This document shows, piece after piece, positions 12,077 through 24,749 of a DNA stretch of 42,818 nt. The position numbers and the translations under genes are program-made. A model generated the notes under the pieces. That model was not told the DNA's origin. It saw nothing but the letters and a program-made list of their open reading frames with translations, and ran no database searches. The DNA is taken from NCBI RefSeq assembly GCF_001194135.2, contig NC_068984.1, positions 105,716,041 to 105,758,858 of the forward strand. The letters are read 5' to 3'. This DNA is from Octopus bimaculoides. Taxonomy: Eukaryota. Every line of letters starts with the position of its first letter. Position 1 is the stretch's first letter.

Positions 12077-13273
12077 TATATATATGTTTTAATTACGTAT
12101 TATGTCTTATAAATTCTTATATATTATTTTTATAATTTTATGCTTTTATATATCTTTTATATATTTTTATAGTTTTTATAGCTTATAAATTTGTGACAAG
12201 TTATACTTTTTTCGTAAAATTCTCTGTATACCGTAATCTTATTTTATTTTATATTCTTTAATTATACATGATATTCATTATGAGATTATAGCACTAAATT
12301 TATTTAAATCTTGTATCTGAATGTATTTCTTTATAAACTTAATATCTCTAATTTACTTACTCTGTACATTAGATCTCATTTCTTACTTTATCCTATCTTT
12401 ACACACTCGTATTTAACAGGAAGGAATTTAATAACAGTTTAGTTGCATACTATAAGTATCTAATTATATAAATATTTGCGTTATACATTCATCATATATT
12501 ATTTTACCAGGATATTCTATACACTACATTTATGAAAAAGTCTTAATATCTATCTGATATCTTAAAGTATACCCCTATTAAAAATTTTAAGTGTAACTTC
12601 TAGCCTTTATCTATATATTAAATTATATCTTGATTTTACATTAGAAATATGCTAAGTTGCATTGTACTCCTCCCCTTATTCTCTGTACTTATCTTCCACC
12701 CTAATTTATAATACTTATTTTTTTAGTTATTTTCATTTCATCCCGCTTTAGGACAGCAATCAAAATAAGTTTTATTAGAACTTCCTATCCTTCTTTCTTC
12801 CAAATATTATCCCTTCCTCATCAGACATTACCCCTTCTCACCCTTTGGTCTAGTCAAAGCCAGATATAATGTTCCAGTACTTAGCTTGTCTAGTACGTTG
12901 TCATGATATTAATTAATTTATCACCTTTGGAATACAGCTACAACTCCCAAAAGATTGTATCTTTTATGATTGAAGACTGTATTCCCCCTATTGTCTTCGA
13001 TGTCTAAGTAACTGGGTCACTACTTTCTATTATTCTTCCCCCTACTATGATCTATACTAATCTCTAAATTTTAGTAGATTCGACACTACATTGACTATTT
13101 TTCTAAACCCATTTTGTCAAAGATACAGCAACAAAATCAATGTAAACATTTGAGCTCTGTTGATGATACAAATATGTTAAAGCAGTTGGTTTGTTCTTTG
13201 TGTGTGAAGTCTATGCAGTCATCTGATGAAAACGGTTTCTTTGCAGTGATATAATGTTTTCATTAATCAGTTA

Positions 13274-13460
13274 AAGGCGGTGAACTGGCGAAATCGTTAG
13301 CACGCCGGGCGCAAAGTTTTGAGTTCAAATCCCGCCGAGGTCAACTTTGCCTTTCATCCTTTCGAGGTCGATAAATTAAGTACCAGTGAAACACTGGGGT
13401 CAATGAAATCGACTGTCCCTTCCCCCAAATTTCAGGCCTGGTGCCTATAGTAGAAAAGCT
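13274..13460 (+). mobile_element. tRNA-derived SINE (octopus-type) with an internal deletion in the head
   Basis: A-box-like TGGCGAAATCG and B-box-like GAGTTCAAATCC, then the core ACTTTGCCTTTCATCC..GATAAATTAAGTACCAG shared with copies at 20519 and 39997. Confidence 0.85.
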
Positions 13461-13523
13461 TAATCAGTCAGAGGAGTCGCTTGAAACGGCCGTAATGAAT
13501 CGACACCTGTACATCTTTGTTAC

Positions 13524-13524
<1 letters not shown>

Positions 13525-13556
<32 letters not shown>

Positions 13557-13593
13557 CATCCATCCATCCATCCATCCATCCATCCATCCATCC

Positions 13594-13653
<60 letters not shown>
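13525..13653. repeat. Compound (TCTA)n/(TCCA)n microsatellite
   Basis: Read directly from the sequence. Confidence 0.95.
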
Positions 13654-13655
<2 letters not shown>

Positions 13656-14352
13656 GTGTGTGTGTGTGTATATGTGTATATGCATGTATATACACAATAA
13701 ATAAACCATGCCAGTCATATATATGTATGTGTGTGTGAGAGTAAGTTTGTATCTACACATGCACACATAATACACACACTTTTACACATACACACACGCA
13801 CACGCACACACACACACACACACACACATACATACCCACACACGTACAAGTACACATTTATAAATCTTGCCAATCCATTATAATTATTAGTTTCAAAAAG
13901 CTAAGAGATCTCAAAGATTTCAAACAGGTCAAATGCTGAGAATATCGATCAAATATTATCACGCATATTGATTGATAACGTTGTACCTGAACTTGTGATT
14001 TGATTTGAGCACTTTACAGACGTTCCATTCTAAGCAAATCAAATTAGAACTTTAGACGATAAAGATGTCAAACTATTTTTGTTGATATATGTTCAAAGAT
14101 TTGAGCATTTCGAGCTGTTTAAATGCTTCAGATATTTGAAACTATTTAGAAGGCTTTTACAATTGAAATCTATCTATCTACATGTGTATGTATGTATGTA
14201 TGTATGTATGTATGTATGTATGTATGTATGTATGTATGAATGTATGTATGTATGTATGTATGTATGTATGTATGTATCTATCTATCTATCTATCCACGTA
14301 TAAAATCCCCCCTCCAACATAGCCACACACAGACACACACTCACACGCGTTA

Positions 14353-14398
<46 letters not shown>

Positions 14399-15394
14399 TG
14401 TGTGCGTGTGTATGTATCTATGTGTGTATGTATCTATGTGTGGAAATCCATGATCAGAAAGAATTGTTAGATTGTACTACATGATAAGAGAAAAGAATGG
14501 TTAGACGTACTCCGTAGTGAAGGAAAATTAATGCCGGCAGTTCTAAGGTTGGACAAATACTTAGTTGAGGAATAAATAATACACCCTGGTGTGAGATAGA
14601 TAGGTAGATAAGAGCTTTGTACTAGATATACAATATTCAAAATAGTGAAGGGTATTTAGTCCAGAAAAATTAGCGGGGTGGTGGTGGAAATAAATGATAC
14701 ACTCTCGTTTGAGAAAGATAAGTAGATAACAGCTTTGTATTGGATATATACTAATCAGTGTAGCGAGGGGTATTCCTATCCAAAGAAACTAGAAGGAGCA
14801 AATGTAAAGACGGACAGATAGATAAGAGAAAAATAAAGCCGATGCCAAGCCTACAAGGCTGGGTACCAATGAGAGGGAAGGATGTGTAGCTAATAAAGGG
14901 TCGTAAAAACGATAATAGACATCATCTGTAGTGGATGGTCAAACTTTACTAGTGGTGAGACCTAGGACTGTCTTGTTGTGTTAACGCTAGAAATAGATGC
15001 CCTACTAGCAAACAAAAAATTTAAGATTTGCAGTTTACAAACTAAGGTTGAAACTTAATATCATAAAAATAAATAGAAATAATTAAAAGATAATTAAAAA
15101 TAAAGTTAACACTTAAAATTTAATTAACATTAAAATTTAAATCAAAATTAAAATTACAAAATGAGTTTCCATAATGAAGATATATTGCTAATGACACCTG
15201 TAGAAGAGCTATGGGCCTAAAGAGTCTACCTTTATATCCGGAGAAGGTTTCATCTTGCTTATTTATTTAGTAACCGTGAATGGGTTATGTATGTGGAAGT
15301 GCGAGGGAGTCGTTTTGAAGAAGACAGTCACATACCACAACTTCAACTGCTGGTCAGACTTGAATTTTAGTGGTACACCTATTTGAGCACTCAG

Positions 15395-15485
15395 AACGCA
15401 AGCAGGTATATTAGTTTGATGCTCGGGAAGAATGGACAATTCTTTGATGCTTCGAACCTACGCTATTCGACAGAAAGGGGTGAGA
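15395..15485 (-). repeat. PLE pseudo-LTR-type repeat with a degenerate hammerhead core
   Basis: Homologous to 30410-30490 (TATTAGTTTGA.GCTCGGG..CTTTGATG.TTC...CTACGCT.TTCG). The minus strand reads CTGTCGA-A-TAGC-GTAG-GTTC-GAAG-CA-TC. Confidence 0.55.
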
Positions 15486-15619
15486 GGGAAACATGGAGAG
15501 AGATTGAAAAAAAAACAGAGAGAAAAAAATGTGTAGAGATTAACAGTTTAACATGAAGAAATAACTGGAAGAAAGAGGCTGAGGTGAGGGGAGATAATGA
15601 CTCGGCTGAACTGGGGTAC

Positions 15620-16345
15620 GCAAGCGCGTGTCTGTATGTAAGAATGGTGTGTGTGTGTGTGTGAGTGGGTATGTGTGAATGGGGGCGAACAAGTGTGAAT
15701 GTTATGCGTGGACGATCTTAAAATTTTGAGCCTGTGTGTTCGTATGGGAACGTGTGTGTATATAAGTAAACCAGTGTGTACGTTGTGTGGAGTGACATGT
15801 GTTCTGTGTATTTATGTATGTGTTTGTATTGATGTGTGTGTATGGATGTGTGTATATGTGTGTTACGCTGTGTATAGTACGTGTGTGTGAGGTTATCAGT
15901 TGTGTGTGTGTGCAAGCGCTTGTATGTAGCAGTTAATGTGCGCTTGTTCAAGTAGTGTATTCACATGTGTATGTGTGTGTTAGTACATGAAGTGTGTAGC
16001 CCTGTAGTGTGCGTGTATATTGTGTGTATTTCTATGAGTGAATATTGTGTTGTGAAGAAATGTATGAAGGTGAAAGGCGGGATAGGGGCGACGAGAGTTA
16101 GGAGTTGGAAGGTACTGGGTGCTAGTGTGTTTGGAAGGGAAAGGTGCGTGTGAGAGCGTGTGCATGTGAGTGTGTTGCGGTGTATAATGACATGTGGTGT
16201 TGGTACGGAGTTGAACAGTGTGTATGGATGTTTGCATAATGGTGTGTGCGGTGAGGATAGATGTACAGGTGTGGGGGTAGAGAGGAGGGGCAGTTAAAGG
16301 TGGGAGGTGCGTGTGGCACACACACGCATACACACACATTCGCAC
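15620..16345. repeat. Degenerate GT-rich low-complexity tract
   Basis: Cryptic (GT)n-derived sequence. The ORFs predicted here are compositional artefacts. Confidence 0.85.
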
Positions 16346-16439
16346 ACTAGCGGAAATATTTGACGTTGTCTGGGCGCCGAAAATATAGAAATATTTTGTT
16401 AAACTTGAATGACATGATTTAGAACAAGTTTAGTAGTGC

Positions 16440-16490
<51 letters not shown>

Positions 16491-17402
16491 TATATATAAA
16501 ATATATATCTATATATATANNNNNNNNNNNNNNNNNNNNNNNNNNNNNNNNNNNNNNNNNNNNNNNNNNNNNNNNNNNNNNNNNNNNNNNNNNNNNNNNN
16601 NNNNNNNNNNNNNNNNNNNNNNNNNNNNNNNNNNNNNNNNNNNNNNNNNNNNNNNNNNNNNNNNNNNNNNNNNNNNNNNNNNNNNNNNNNNNNNNNNNNN
16701 NNNNNNNNNNNNNNNNNNNNNNNNNNNNNNNNNNNNNNNNNNNNNNNNNNNNNNNNNNNNNNNNNNNNNNNNNNNNNNNNNNNNNNNNNNNNNNNNNNNN
16801 NNNNNNNNNNNNNNNNNNNNNNNNNNNNNNNNNNNNNNNNNNNNNNNNNNNNNNNNNNNNNNNNNNNNNNNNNNNNNNNNNNNNNNNNNNNNNNNNNNNN
16901 NNNNNNNNNNNNNNNNNNNNNNNNNNNNNNNNNNNNNNNNNNNNNNNNNNNNNNNNNNNNNNNNNNNNNNNNNNNNNNNNNNNNNNNNNNNNNNNNNNNN
17001 NNNNNNNNNNNNNNNNNNNNNNNNNNNNNNNNNNNNNNNNNNNNNNNNNNNNNNNNNNNNNNNNNNNNNNNNNNNNNNNNNNNNNNNNNNNNNNNNNNNN
17101 NNNNNNNNNNNNNNNNNNNNNNNNNNNNNNNNNNNNNNNNNNNNNNNNNNNNNNNNNNNNNNNNNNNNNNNNNNNNNNNNNNNNNNNNNNNNNNNNNNNN
17201 NNNNNNNNNNNNNNNNNNNNNNNNNNNNNNNNNNNNNNNNNNNNNNNNNNNNNNNNNNNNNNNNNNNNNNNNNNNNNNNNNNNNNNNNNNNNNNNNNNNN
17301 NNNNNNNNNNNNNNNNNNNNNNNNNNNNNNNNNNNNNNNNNNNNNNNNNNNNNNNNNNNNNNNNNNNNNNNNNNNNNNNNNNNNNNNNNNNNNNNNNNNN
17401 NN

Positions 17403-17495
17403 TACTTGGAAGGCGATAAAAGTGTAAACATTCAAAGCTAAACGAATAAAATAATATTGCCAAATTCCAGTTTCTTTTGCGAACCCCTTTTTTGT
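17403..17495 (+). mobile_element. Mariner 3' end, same family as 20-217
   Basis: TACTTGGAAGGCGATAAAAGTGTAAACAT..AAATTCCAGTTT matches the reverse complement of 20-115. The remainder may lie in the gap at 16520-17402. Confidence 0.75.
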
Positions 17496-17632
17496 ATATA
17501 TATATATATATATATATATTATTAATAAATTTCAGGGTAGCAAAAAAAAATTTTAAATTCATTTTGCTACCAGTGGTCTAGCGAGAAGAAAAAACTAGTC
17601 AATAGACTATATATTATTCATATAAATACATA

Positions 17633-18154
17633 CAGTGTACATTTAAACACATAAGAGAGATGTTCATAATCGGACATCTAACCCGCTAGAAGGAGCAGTC
17701 AAGCTGCACACCACAATTAGGGATAATTTCGAAATTAGTTAAAAAGTCATTATATCGTTATTAATAAATTTCAGGGTAGCAAAATAATGATATAATGACT
17801 TTTTGGCTAACTTCTGGAAGAAAATCGGCATTTTTTGTATTTGCTGCCAATAAGAAAACCGTACATGCGCGGTAGATATGAAAAATTATAACATATAAGG
17901 ACGAGGCGTGTTCTATGTATTGCCTCGTGTTTATATGTTAATCTTGGCTTTCCTGCTGATGATAGCTGGCCTAGCAAATTATTTTATTTTGCTGAAAATT
18001 GCTTGAACCAGGGTTCAAGAAATAAATGGTAAATGTTTTACTTTTCATTCCCTTTGGAAATTTTCCCTAATTGTGGTTTGGAGTTTGACTGCTCCTTCTA
18101 GCGGGTTAGAAGTCCGATTATGGACATCTCTCTTATGTGTTTAAATGTACACTG
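17633..18154. mobile_element. MITE with ~98-bp terminal inverted repeats (Tc1/mariner-like CAGTG ends)
   Basis: 17633-17730 is the near-perfect reverse complement of 18057-18154. TA lies on the left and CA (possibly a mutated TA) on the right. Confidence 0.85.
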
Positions 18155-18340
18155 CATGTATATATATNNNNNNNNNNNNNNNNNNNNNNNNNNNNNNNNN
18201 NNNNNNNNNNNNNNNNNNNNNNNNNNNNNNNNNNNNNNNNNNNNNNNNNNNNNNNNNNNNNNNNNNNNNNNNNNNNNNNNNNNNNNNNNNNNNNNNNNNN
18301 NNNNNNNNNNNNNNNNNNNNNNNNNNNNNNNNNNNNNNNN

Positions 18341-18376
<36 letters not shown>

Positions 18377-18599
18377 AGTATATATATATATTTATATATA
18401 TAATGCGAATACATGTTTGAAATTGGATTGTCTCTAGGTTTCTATTATGTGTAATGCTATCGTGGGCTTTGCTTATTGATAATTTTAATGTTTTGATTTG
18501 AGAAAATATTTTGACGTTTTATTTTATATAGTTTCTTGTAATTCTAAATTAATATACAACACATTAAACAACCAATTCTATCAGAAATACCTTTTATCC

Positions 18600-19900
18600 A
18601 GCAAGACGAAATCTTTTCTTTGCAGTTTGCTATTTTGATGAAAGGACGTTTACTTGTCCCCAATACGTAAGTACGCAACATGAGTATGAGAGAAACAACT
18701 ATAGCAACCCCAAGGGACTGTCTTCGAGACTGTTAACGCTGAAACAAATAACAGTAAAACTGGAACCTGAAACGCTTCGACGAAAATAGAATATCTGGAG
18801 GGATTAGGGAAATTTACGAAATGATAAGGGTCTTCCAATATATATGATATGAAAAGGAGCTTCCAATATATATGACATCTAATCGTGTACAGTTACAGAG
18901 CTTTGATTCACCAAATTTCGTAGCAACATAAACGATGCTCCGACTTTCAGTTGCAGATTCTTAACTGGGGCACCTATACTCTCAGTGTCAGCTGGTAGAT
19001 AGCCGTCCCCTTCCAAATGAAGCAAACCTTCTCTAAACTGGATTACTGAAGCATTTATATTAAGTGTAAATTTAACAATGGTGGAAATATACAATTTTTC
19101 ATACGGTCGCCGAATAGAGGATCGTTTGATGCATTCATTCAAATTATTCATCAACAAGTGGCAGAGTTTGCCAAAAAACAAGATTGTTGATCCACATATA
19201 ATGTTAGTGCTATCTCTGAGATCTTGTAATGCGTAACCGAAAGCCTTAAAACTAAGTGAACTATTGTACGCTCCTCGCATAAACACAATAAATACAGGTG
19301 TTTTGCTCCCGAACCATTGCTCATCCAGACTATTTGATAATATTGTACACAGAATTTACACTGTTTGAAAAGCTAAGGGGTAGCTTAAAGCAGAATGAGA
19401 AGTCCTGTTAACTATAAGTAACGTCGTAGGGGTTCCAGTAGGGGCCATTGCATCAGGAATCTGTTTGAATAAGTGAAACTTTTTCCCATTATTAAGTTGA
19501 ACAAAAAGTTTTGCTTATTTCAACAGAAGCATTGCTTAATTCTGGTAAAATAATTTTTCATATGGAACTAAGAGCAGCTTTATTTTTGGTGGGCATATTG
19601 TTCAAGTTGGATGTCAGATCTAAAGAATATATTATCTGAGAGGTGCTGTTAAAATACAATACAAACTTCAAAATCTTTGTCAGTCTTGGACCGCACAGTA
19701 TTATCAATGAGGATCAGTGCCGGGTAGTACGCGGTAGAGGTATACTCACGTTTTCTTTTACTTTTGTTGAGCATGATACAGTATAACTTCAGTGATGCAG
19801 TCCTGGTGATTAGGCCACACCCGTTGAGGATTGGATATTGAATAGGAACTGAAAAATACATTCTATAAACCAATACTCATTGGAAAATTAATAATTTTTG
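18600..19900 (-). pseudogene. Helitron Rep/Hel relic (Pif1 helicase region), heavily degraded
   Basis: AMAPTGTPTTLLIVNRTSHS, ALQDLRD, LQLKVGASFMLLRNL, KRF-QVPV and CFSH match Helitron helicase motifs (SGIAATLL..GRTAHS, LKVG.P.MLLRNL, QFP, FSHGQLYVA). Confidence 0.85.
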
Positions 19901-20466
19901 AAACAACCCATGTCATTTACTGAAAAATTTCATTGCCTTTTTTTTTTCTAAAGTCTACTTCAATAAGCCAGTGCTAGCATTAGCTAATTTTTTTCTTCAA
20001 TCACACACGTATATATCAGAGAATAAAGTGAATGAAATATATCAAAGAAAAAAGTCCCCGCTCAGGAAAATTTTTAATAATTTTAGTCTGAGAACAAAAA
20101 TATATTTCGTTTTTATATAGGTTTTGGTTTTCTTGAACAGGCTTTAGAATTTATTCTTGATTTTATTATTTGTTTTGTTTAATCTGCACAAAGAAAATTT
20201 CCAAAACTTGGCGTTCACATTAAAACGATAAGGAAGAGCGATAACAAGAAAAAGACAGAGAAACTAGTGTTTTTTTTACCCTTTACTGCTACAGTATCAG
20301 TCTGGTTGAGGAGAACGTTCTATGTTGCGTTAAAGAACGATAGTGTTAGACATAATCGTGTTTATTTAAGATTTTGCCGATTGACTGATGTTTGGCGTAA
20401 TTGTCGTTGTTATAACTTCAATAGGTCAATTTCGCGTAACTTCATTAGTCAAATGAAGACGATACG

Positions 20467-20735
20467 AAAATGAAGATAATGATGATGATAATGATAATAA
20501 TCATAATAATAATCATAATAATGGTTTCAAATTTTGGCACAACATCAGCAATGCTGGAGGACAGGGCAAGTCAATTACACCGACCCCACTGCTCAAATGG
20601 TACTTATTTTATTGTCCCTGAAATGATGAAAGGCAAAGTCGATCTCTGTAGAATTTGAACTCAGAACGTGAAGACGGACGAAATACTACTAAGCATTTTG
20701 CTCAGCGTGTTAATGATTTTGTCAGCTCGCCGCCT

Positions 20736-20737
<2 letters not shown>
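20467..20737 (-). mobile_element. tRNA-derived SINE, near full length, with (TAT/CAT)n tail
   Basis: Minus strand AAGGCGGCGAGCTGACAAAATC..GAGTTCAAATTC..GACTTTGCCTTTCATC..TGTGCCAAAATTTGAAACCAT; same family as 13274. Confidence 0.85.
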
Positions 20738-20818
<81 letters not shown>

Positions 20819-20828
20819 ATAATAATAA
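20736..20828. repeat. Compound microsatellite (TAC)15(TAG)12(TAA)4
   Basis: Counted directly from the sequence. Confidence 0.95.
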
Positions 20829-21035
20829 TCCTATTGAAGCAATAAATTCAAGAGCAGTCCCCTTAATCAGATATTGAAGGAGATTGGAATAGAGTGCCCT
20901 GTAGTTTGTCTCTTAGGATTATCAGAAAGGTTCTAAAGTACTTGAAAGACTACTGAAAACTTGTGGATACCTAAGGTTGCAGGTAGTAACCTACATAAAT
21001 CTTACCAGGAATATGACCGAACCTGAGTCAAACCA

Positions 21036-21073
<38 letters not shown>

Positions 21074-21089
21074 TAATAATAATAATAAT
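20829..21089 (+). mobile_element. R4/Dong-type LINE fragment A (internally deleted) with (TAA)n tail
   Basis: IEAINSRAVPLIRY (RT thumb-like) is joined to a C-terminal KEIGIE..IIRKVLK, then a short 3' UTR and (TAA)n. Confidence 0.6.
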
Positions 21090-22187
21090 TGAAAATCGAA
21101 GCCTGTCTATGAGTTTACCAAACCCAAGATGAGAATAAATCACTTATTTTATGTTGTGTTGAGCAAAGAAAGAATATTATCAGCAACCTGAGATACCCAA
21201 AAGGTGACTGAAACAGGAGGAGAATTCAAAAAGAAAAAGGAAGAATAACAGGAAAAAATAAAAAGAGATGGAACTACATGGCCAATTCATACAACAAACT
21301 GAGAATGCTGGAAGTAAAGATTGCTGGCTCTGGTTGAAGGACAGAAACTTGAAACTTGAAACAGAAACGCTAATTATAGCCGTACGGAACAAGCCCTTAG
21401 AACAAATCTGATAAAGGTAAAAATCGAAGAACAAATCTGATAGAGGGAAAAATCGAAGAAAAAATTTGATAAAGGGAAAAATCGACAAAACTCACTCAGA
21501 TTGCAAGTGTAGAATCTGCAGGATAAGAGACGAAAATATCAATCACATTTTGAGTGAGTGCAGTATATTAGCACAAAAGGAGTATAAGCGCAGACATGAC
21601 TGTGTAGGTAAAAGAGTGCATTGGGATGTTAGTCGAGTGTGTGGCTTCAAAACAACAGAAAAGTAGTATGAGCACGAACCAGGGCCATGATAGAAAATGA
21701 GAATTACATGATCTTGTAGAATTTTCCCATAAAGACTGCTCGCACTATTGAAACAAGAAGACCAAACATGATCATAGAAGAAAACACGATCATAAAGGAC
21801 AGCATAATCATAGAGGACAAAATAAACAGTATAAGATCATAGGTTTTGCAATTCCCTATGATAGGAGGGTCGATACCAAAGAAATTGAAACATTTGAGAA
21901 ATATCACGGTCTAACCAGTGATCTGAGGAAATCGTGGAAGACCAAGTGAACAATCATTCTTGTAATAGGTGCATTTGGCGAACAATCAAAATGTTATTTG
22001 AAACTAAAAGAGATTGGAAGTGAAACTCGCTTTGGCCAGCTGCAGAAAAATACTATACTATGATCTGCAAAAATCCTAAAGAAGATTTTTGACATTTCAG
22101 TAGACTTCTTGTTATCTAACCTGAAGATAAAATCCTTGCTAACTAAATTAGTATGTATTAGCATAACAACAACAACAACAACAACAA
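21090..22187 (+). pseudogene. R4/Dong-type LINE 3' fragment B (CCHC knuckle and restriction-like endonuclease)
   Basis: LHGQFIQQ, CRICRIRDENINHILSEC, KEYKRRHD, RRPNMII, AIPYD and IGAFG. It contains a 29-bp triplication at 21400-21486 and ends in (AAC)n. Confidence 0.9.
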
Positions 22188-22189
22188 TG

Positions 22190-22974
22190 ACAATTTCATA
22201 GGGATGTTGAAGATAAGACAGACAGAGAAAAAAGATGGCTGGGGATGACTAAAAGTGATTTAAAACCGAAAACGGAGGTTCTAATCTGTGCTGCCCAAAG
22301 AGCAACCATTCAAAACCAATTACATCAAATACAGAACAGACAACATCAGAAAGTGATAAGTGCAGAATTTGTGGACAGAATGGTGAAACCGTATGGTATA
22401 TTACCAGTCAATGCACGCCACTAGCCCAGAAAGAATATAAGAGACGTCATGACAATATAGCCAGGATTGTCTATTGGACACTTTTCAACAAGTATGGTCT
22501 TGACGTCATCGAAAATGATAAAGACTGTATGGGATTTTATGATTTAGTGCGACCATGAAATAGAGAATAAGAAACCATACATAGTGTTAATTGAGAAAGA
22601 AAGCAAACGATGCTGGATCATAGATATAGCATGCCCAGCTGACAACAAGGTATGCGATAAGGAATAAAGAAAAGTAGATAGGTTAGTTTGGGAGGTTAAG
22701 AAGTTGTGGTCGATGAAAAAGGTGGTAGAAGTACCTATACATGTCGGAATCCTGGGAATAGTGAGTAAAAATCTTGAGAAATACATAGAACAAATAGGGG
22801 CTGCAATAAGGGTGGAGCACTTGCAGAAAACAGCACTGCCTGGAACTGCTCGAATACTCCGGATGGTGCTCGAAAAATAAAGAGTGTTACCTTAGTTCAC
22901 TGGTAGTGAACAGCTGTCACCGTAGTACATCGCCAGTGCTAGAAGCTGTGCAAAAACAATAAAAAATAATAAAT
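22190..22974 (+). pseudogene. R4/Dong-type LINE 3' fragment C (different subfamily)
   Basis: CRICGQNGETVWYITSQC, KEYKRRHDN, WIIDIACPAD and LQKTALPGTARILRMVLEK*, followed by a 3' UTR and an A/TAA-rich tail. Confidence 0.9.
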
Positions 22975-22979
22975 GCTCT

Positions 22980-23540
22980 GATGCAGTACTAGGCACTGGC
23001 TCTCATGGCTTCTGATCATAACTGATTGGAAGTGTTATGTACATCATTTGTCTTGGTATAAGAGATGGGTTACTGCAAATATTTTGCTCAATACTTCAGA
23101 TTTGCTTTCAGTTGTTTGACCTTAACCAGTTGAGCATGTCCCTTGGTGGCTGACGATATGTTCATCTCTGATCACGAGCAGAAGTAGTCGGGGAGCATCA
23201 TAGCCATGTATTGAGAGGAATTCTTTGGGATTTGAATAATTCACTTCTGGAAACATGGGTGTTTTGCTCAACATCATTAAACAAACCTTATTTAGGGAAC
23301 TTTTGAGCGTTATGGGCTACTTGACTTAAAGAAAATTCTAACAGGAATACACCTGCGAGATCATGCGTTCTTTATCATGATATGAGATCACTATGTTGTG
23401 CACGTATGGTTTGATGCATATGCCTCGTGTACCCTTATCAGACGGGTAGTCATGATGGGTGTATTGGGCTTCATATATTTTACCGCAGTGTAACTTTGAT
23501 GGCAAGCACTGCTCTCTCACTCAATAATAATAATAACAAT
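22980..23540. repeat. Probable dispersed repeat, unclassified, ending in (TAA)n
   Basis: More GC-rich, non-coding and bounded by a (TAA)n run. Recognition as a repeat rests on memory of octopus repeats and is not verifiable within the window. Confidence 0.4.
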
Positions 23541-23544
23541 GAAT

Positions 23545-23626
23545 TTTTTTGCGGCGAGTGGATGGCTAGTCGATTCCAGTACCCGACTGGCACAAAAGGA
23601 TGAAAGAAAAAGTCGACCAAGGCGGG
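23545..23626 (-). mobile_element. SINE fragment (core region)
   Basis: AAAGGATGAAAGAAAAAGTCGACC is the reverse complement of the family core GTCGACTTTGCCTTTCATCCTTT. Confidence 0.6.
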
Positions 23627-24651
23627 CTATATATGTGTGTGCGCGTGTGTTTGTGTGTGTGTGAGTACGCGCTCGTACGTGTGTATGTGTATATATTATG
23701 TATATATATATATGTATATGTAAAAGTTAAAAGATATGCATATATATGTGTATATATATGTATATATATATATGTATATGTAAAAGTTAAAAGNNNNNNN
23801 NNNNNNNNNNNNNNNNNNNNNNNNNNNNNNNNNNNNNNNNNNNNNNNNNNNNNNNNNNNNNNNNNNNNNNNNNNNNNNNNNNNNNNNNNNNNNNNNNNNN
23901 NNNNNNNNNNNNNNNNNNNNNNNNNNNNNNNNNNNNNNNNNNNNNNNNNNNNNNNNNNNNNNNNNNNNNNNNNNNNNNNNNNNNNNNNNNNNNNNNNNNN
24001 NNNNNNNNNNNNNNNNNNNNNNNNNNNNNNNNNNNNNNNNNNNNNNNNNNNNNNNNNNNNNNNNNNNNNNNNNNNNNNNNNNNNNNNNNNNNNNNNNNNN
24101 NNNNNNNNNNNNNNNNNNNNNNNNNNNNNNNNNATATATATATATATATATATATAGATAGATATATATATATACCGTAAATACATACATACAAACATAG
24201 ATACATACTTACGCACACACGCACATACATAGTTTGATTCGGCTCCATGTAACTTAAAGATTAATGACTTCATCAAAAGAACCTAGCACGTCAGGCTAAG
24301 GTTAACAGCAAAGTAGGTTCCTTTGACAAGCTCATGAAACTTTAATTTGCATGGAGCAGAACCAAGCTGCTATTACATAATATATGTAACTCCCACCAAA
24401 TGTAGGAGTTACACATAATATGTAATAGTATATCCCTCAAACTCACCAGAACTCAGCCTAGTCCAGGAAATTTATCTTAACATAGATTATATAAAGTCAG
24501 ATGTATCACAATTTGATGATGGGTTAGCTTCCCAAAACTTCGAAGTTACTGTCCATACTATCCTTGTTACAGAATATATATATATATAGATATATANNNN
24601 NNNNNNNNNNNNNNNNNNNNNNNNNNNNNNNNNNNNNNNNNNNNNNNNNNN

Positions 24652-24685
<34 letters not shown>

Positions 24686-24749
24686 TGTGTGTGTATGTAT
24701 ACGCGCGGGAGTGTATATGTATGTGTGTGTGCCTGTGATTATGTTGACG

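Noticed and set aside
21400-21486. 29-bp triple repeat resembling a short array
   Set aside because: It has no spacers; it is a tandem duplication inside a LINE coding relic in a eukaryote, not a CRISPR array.
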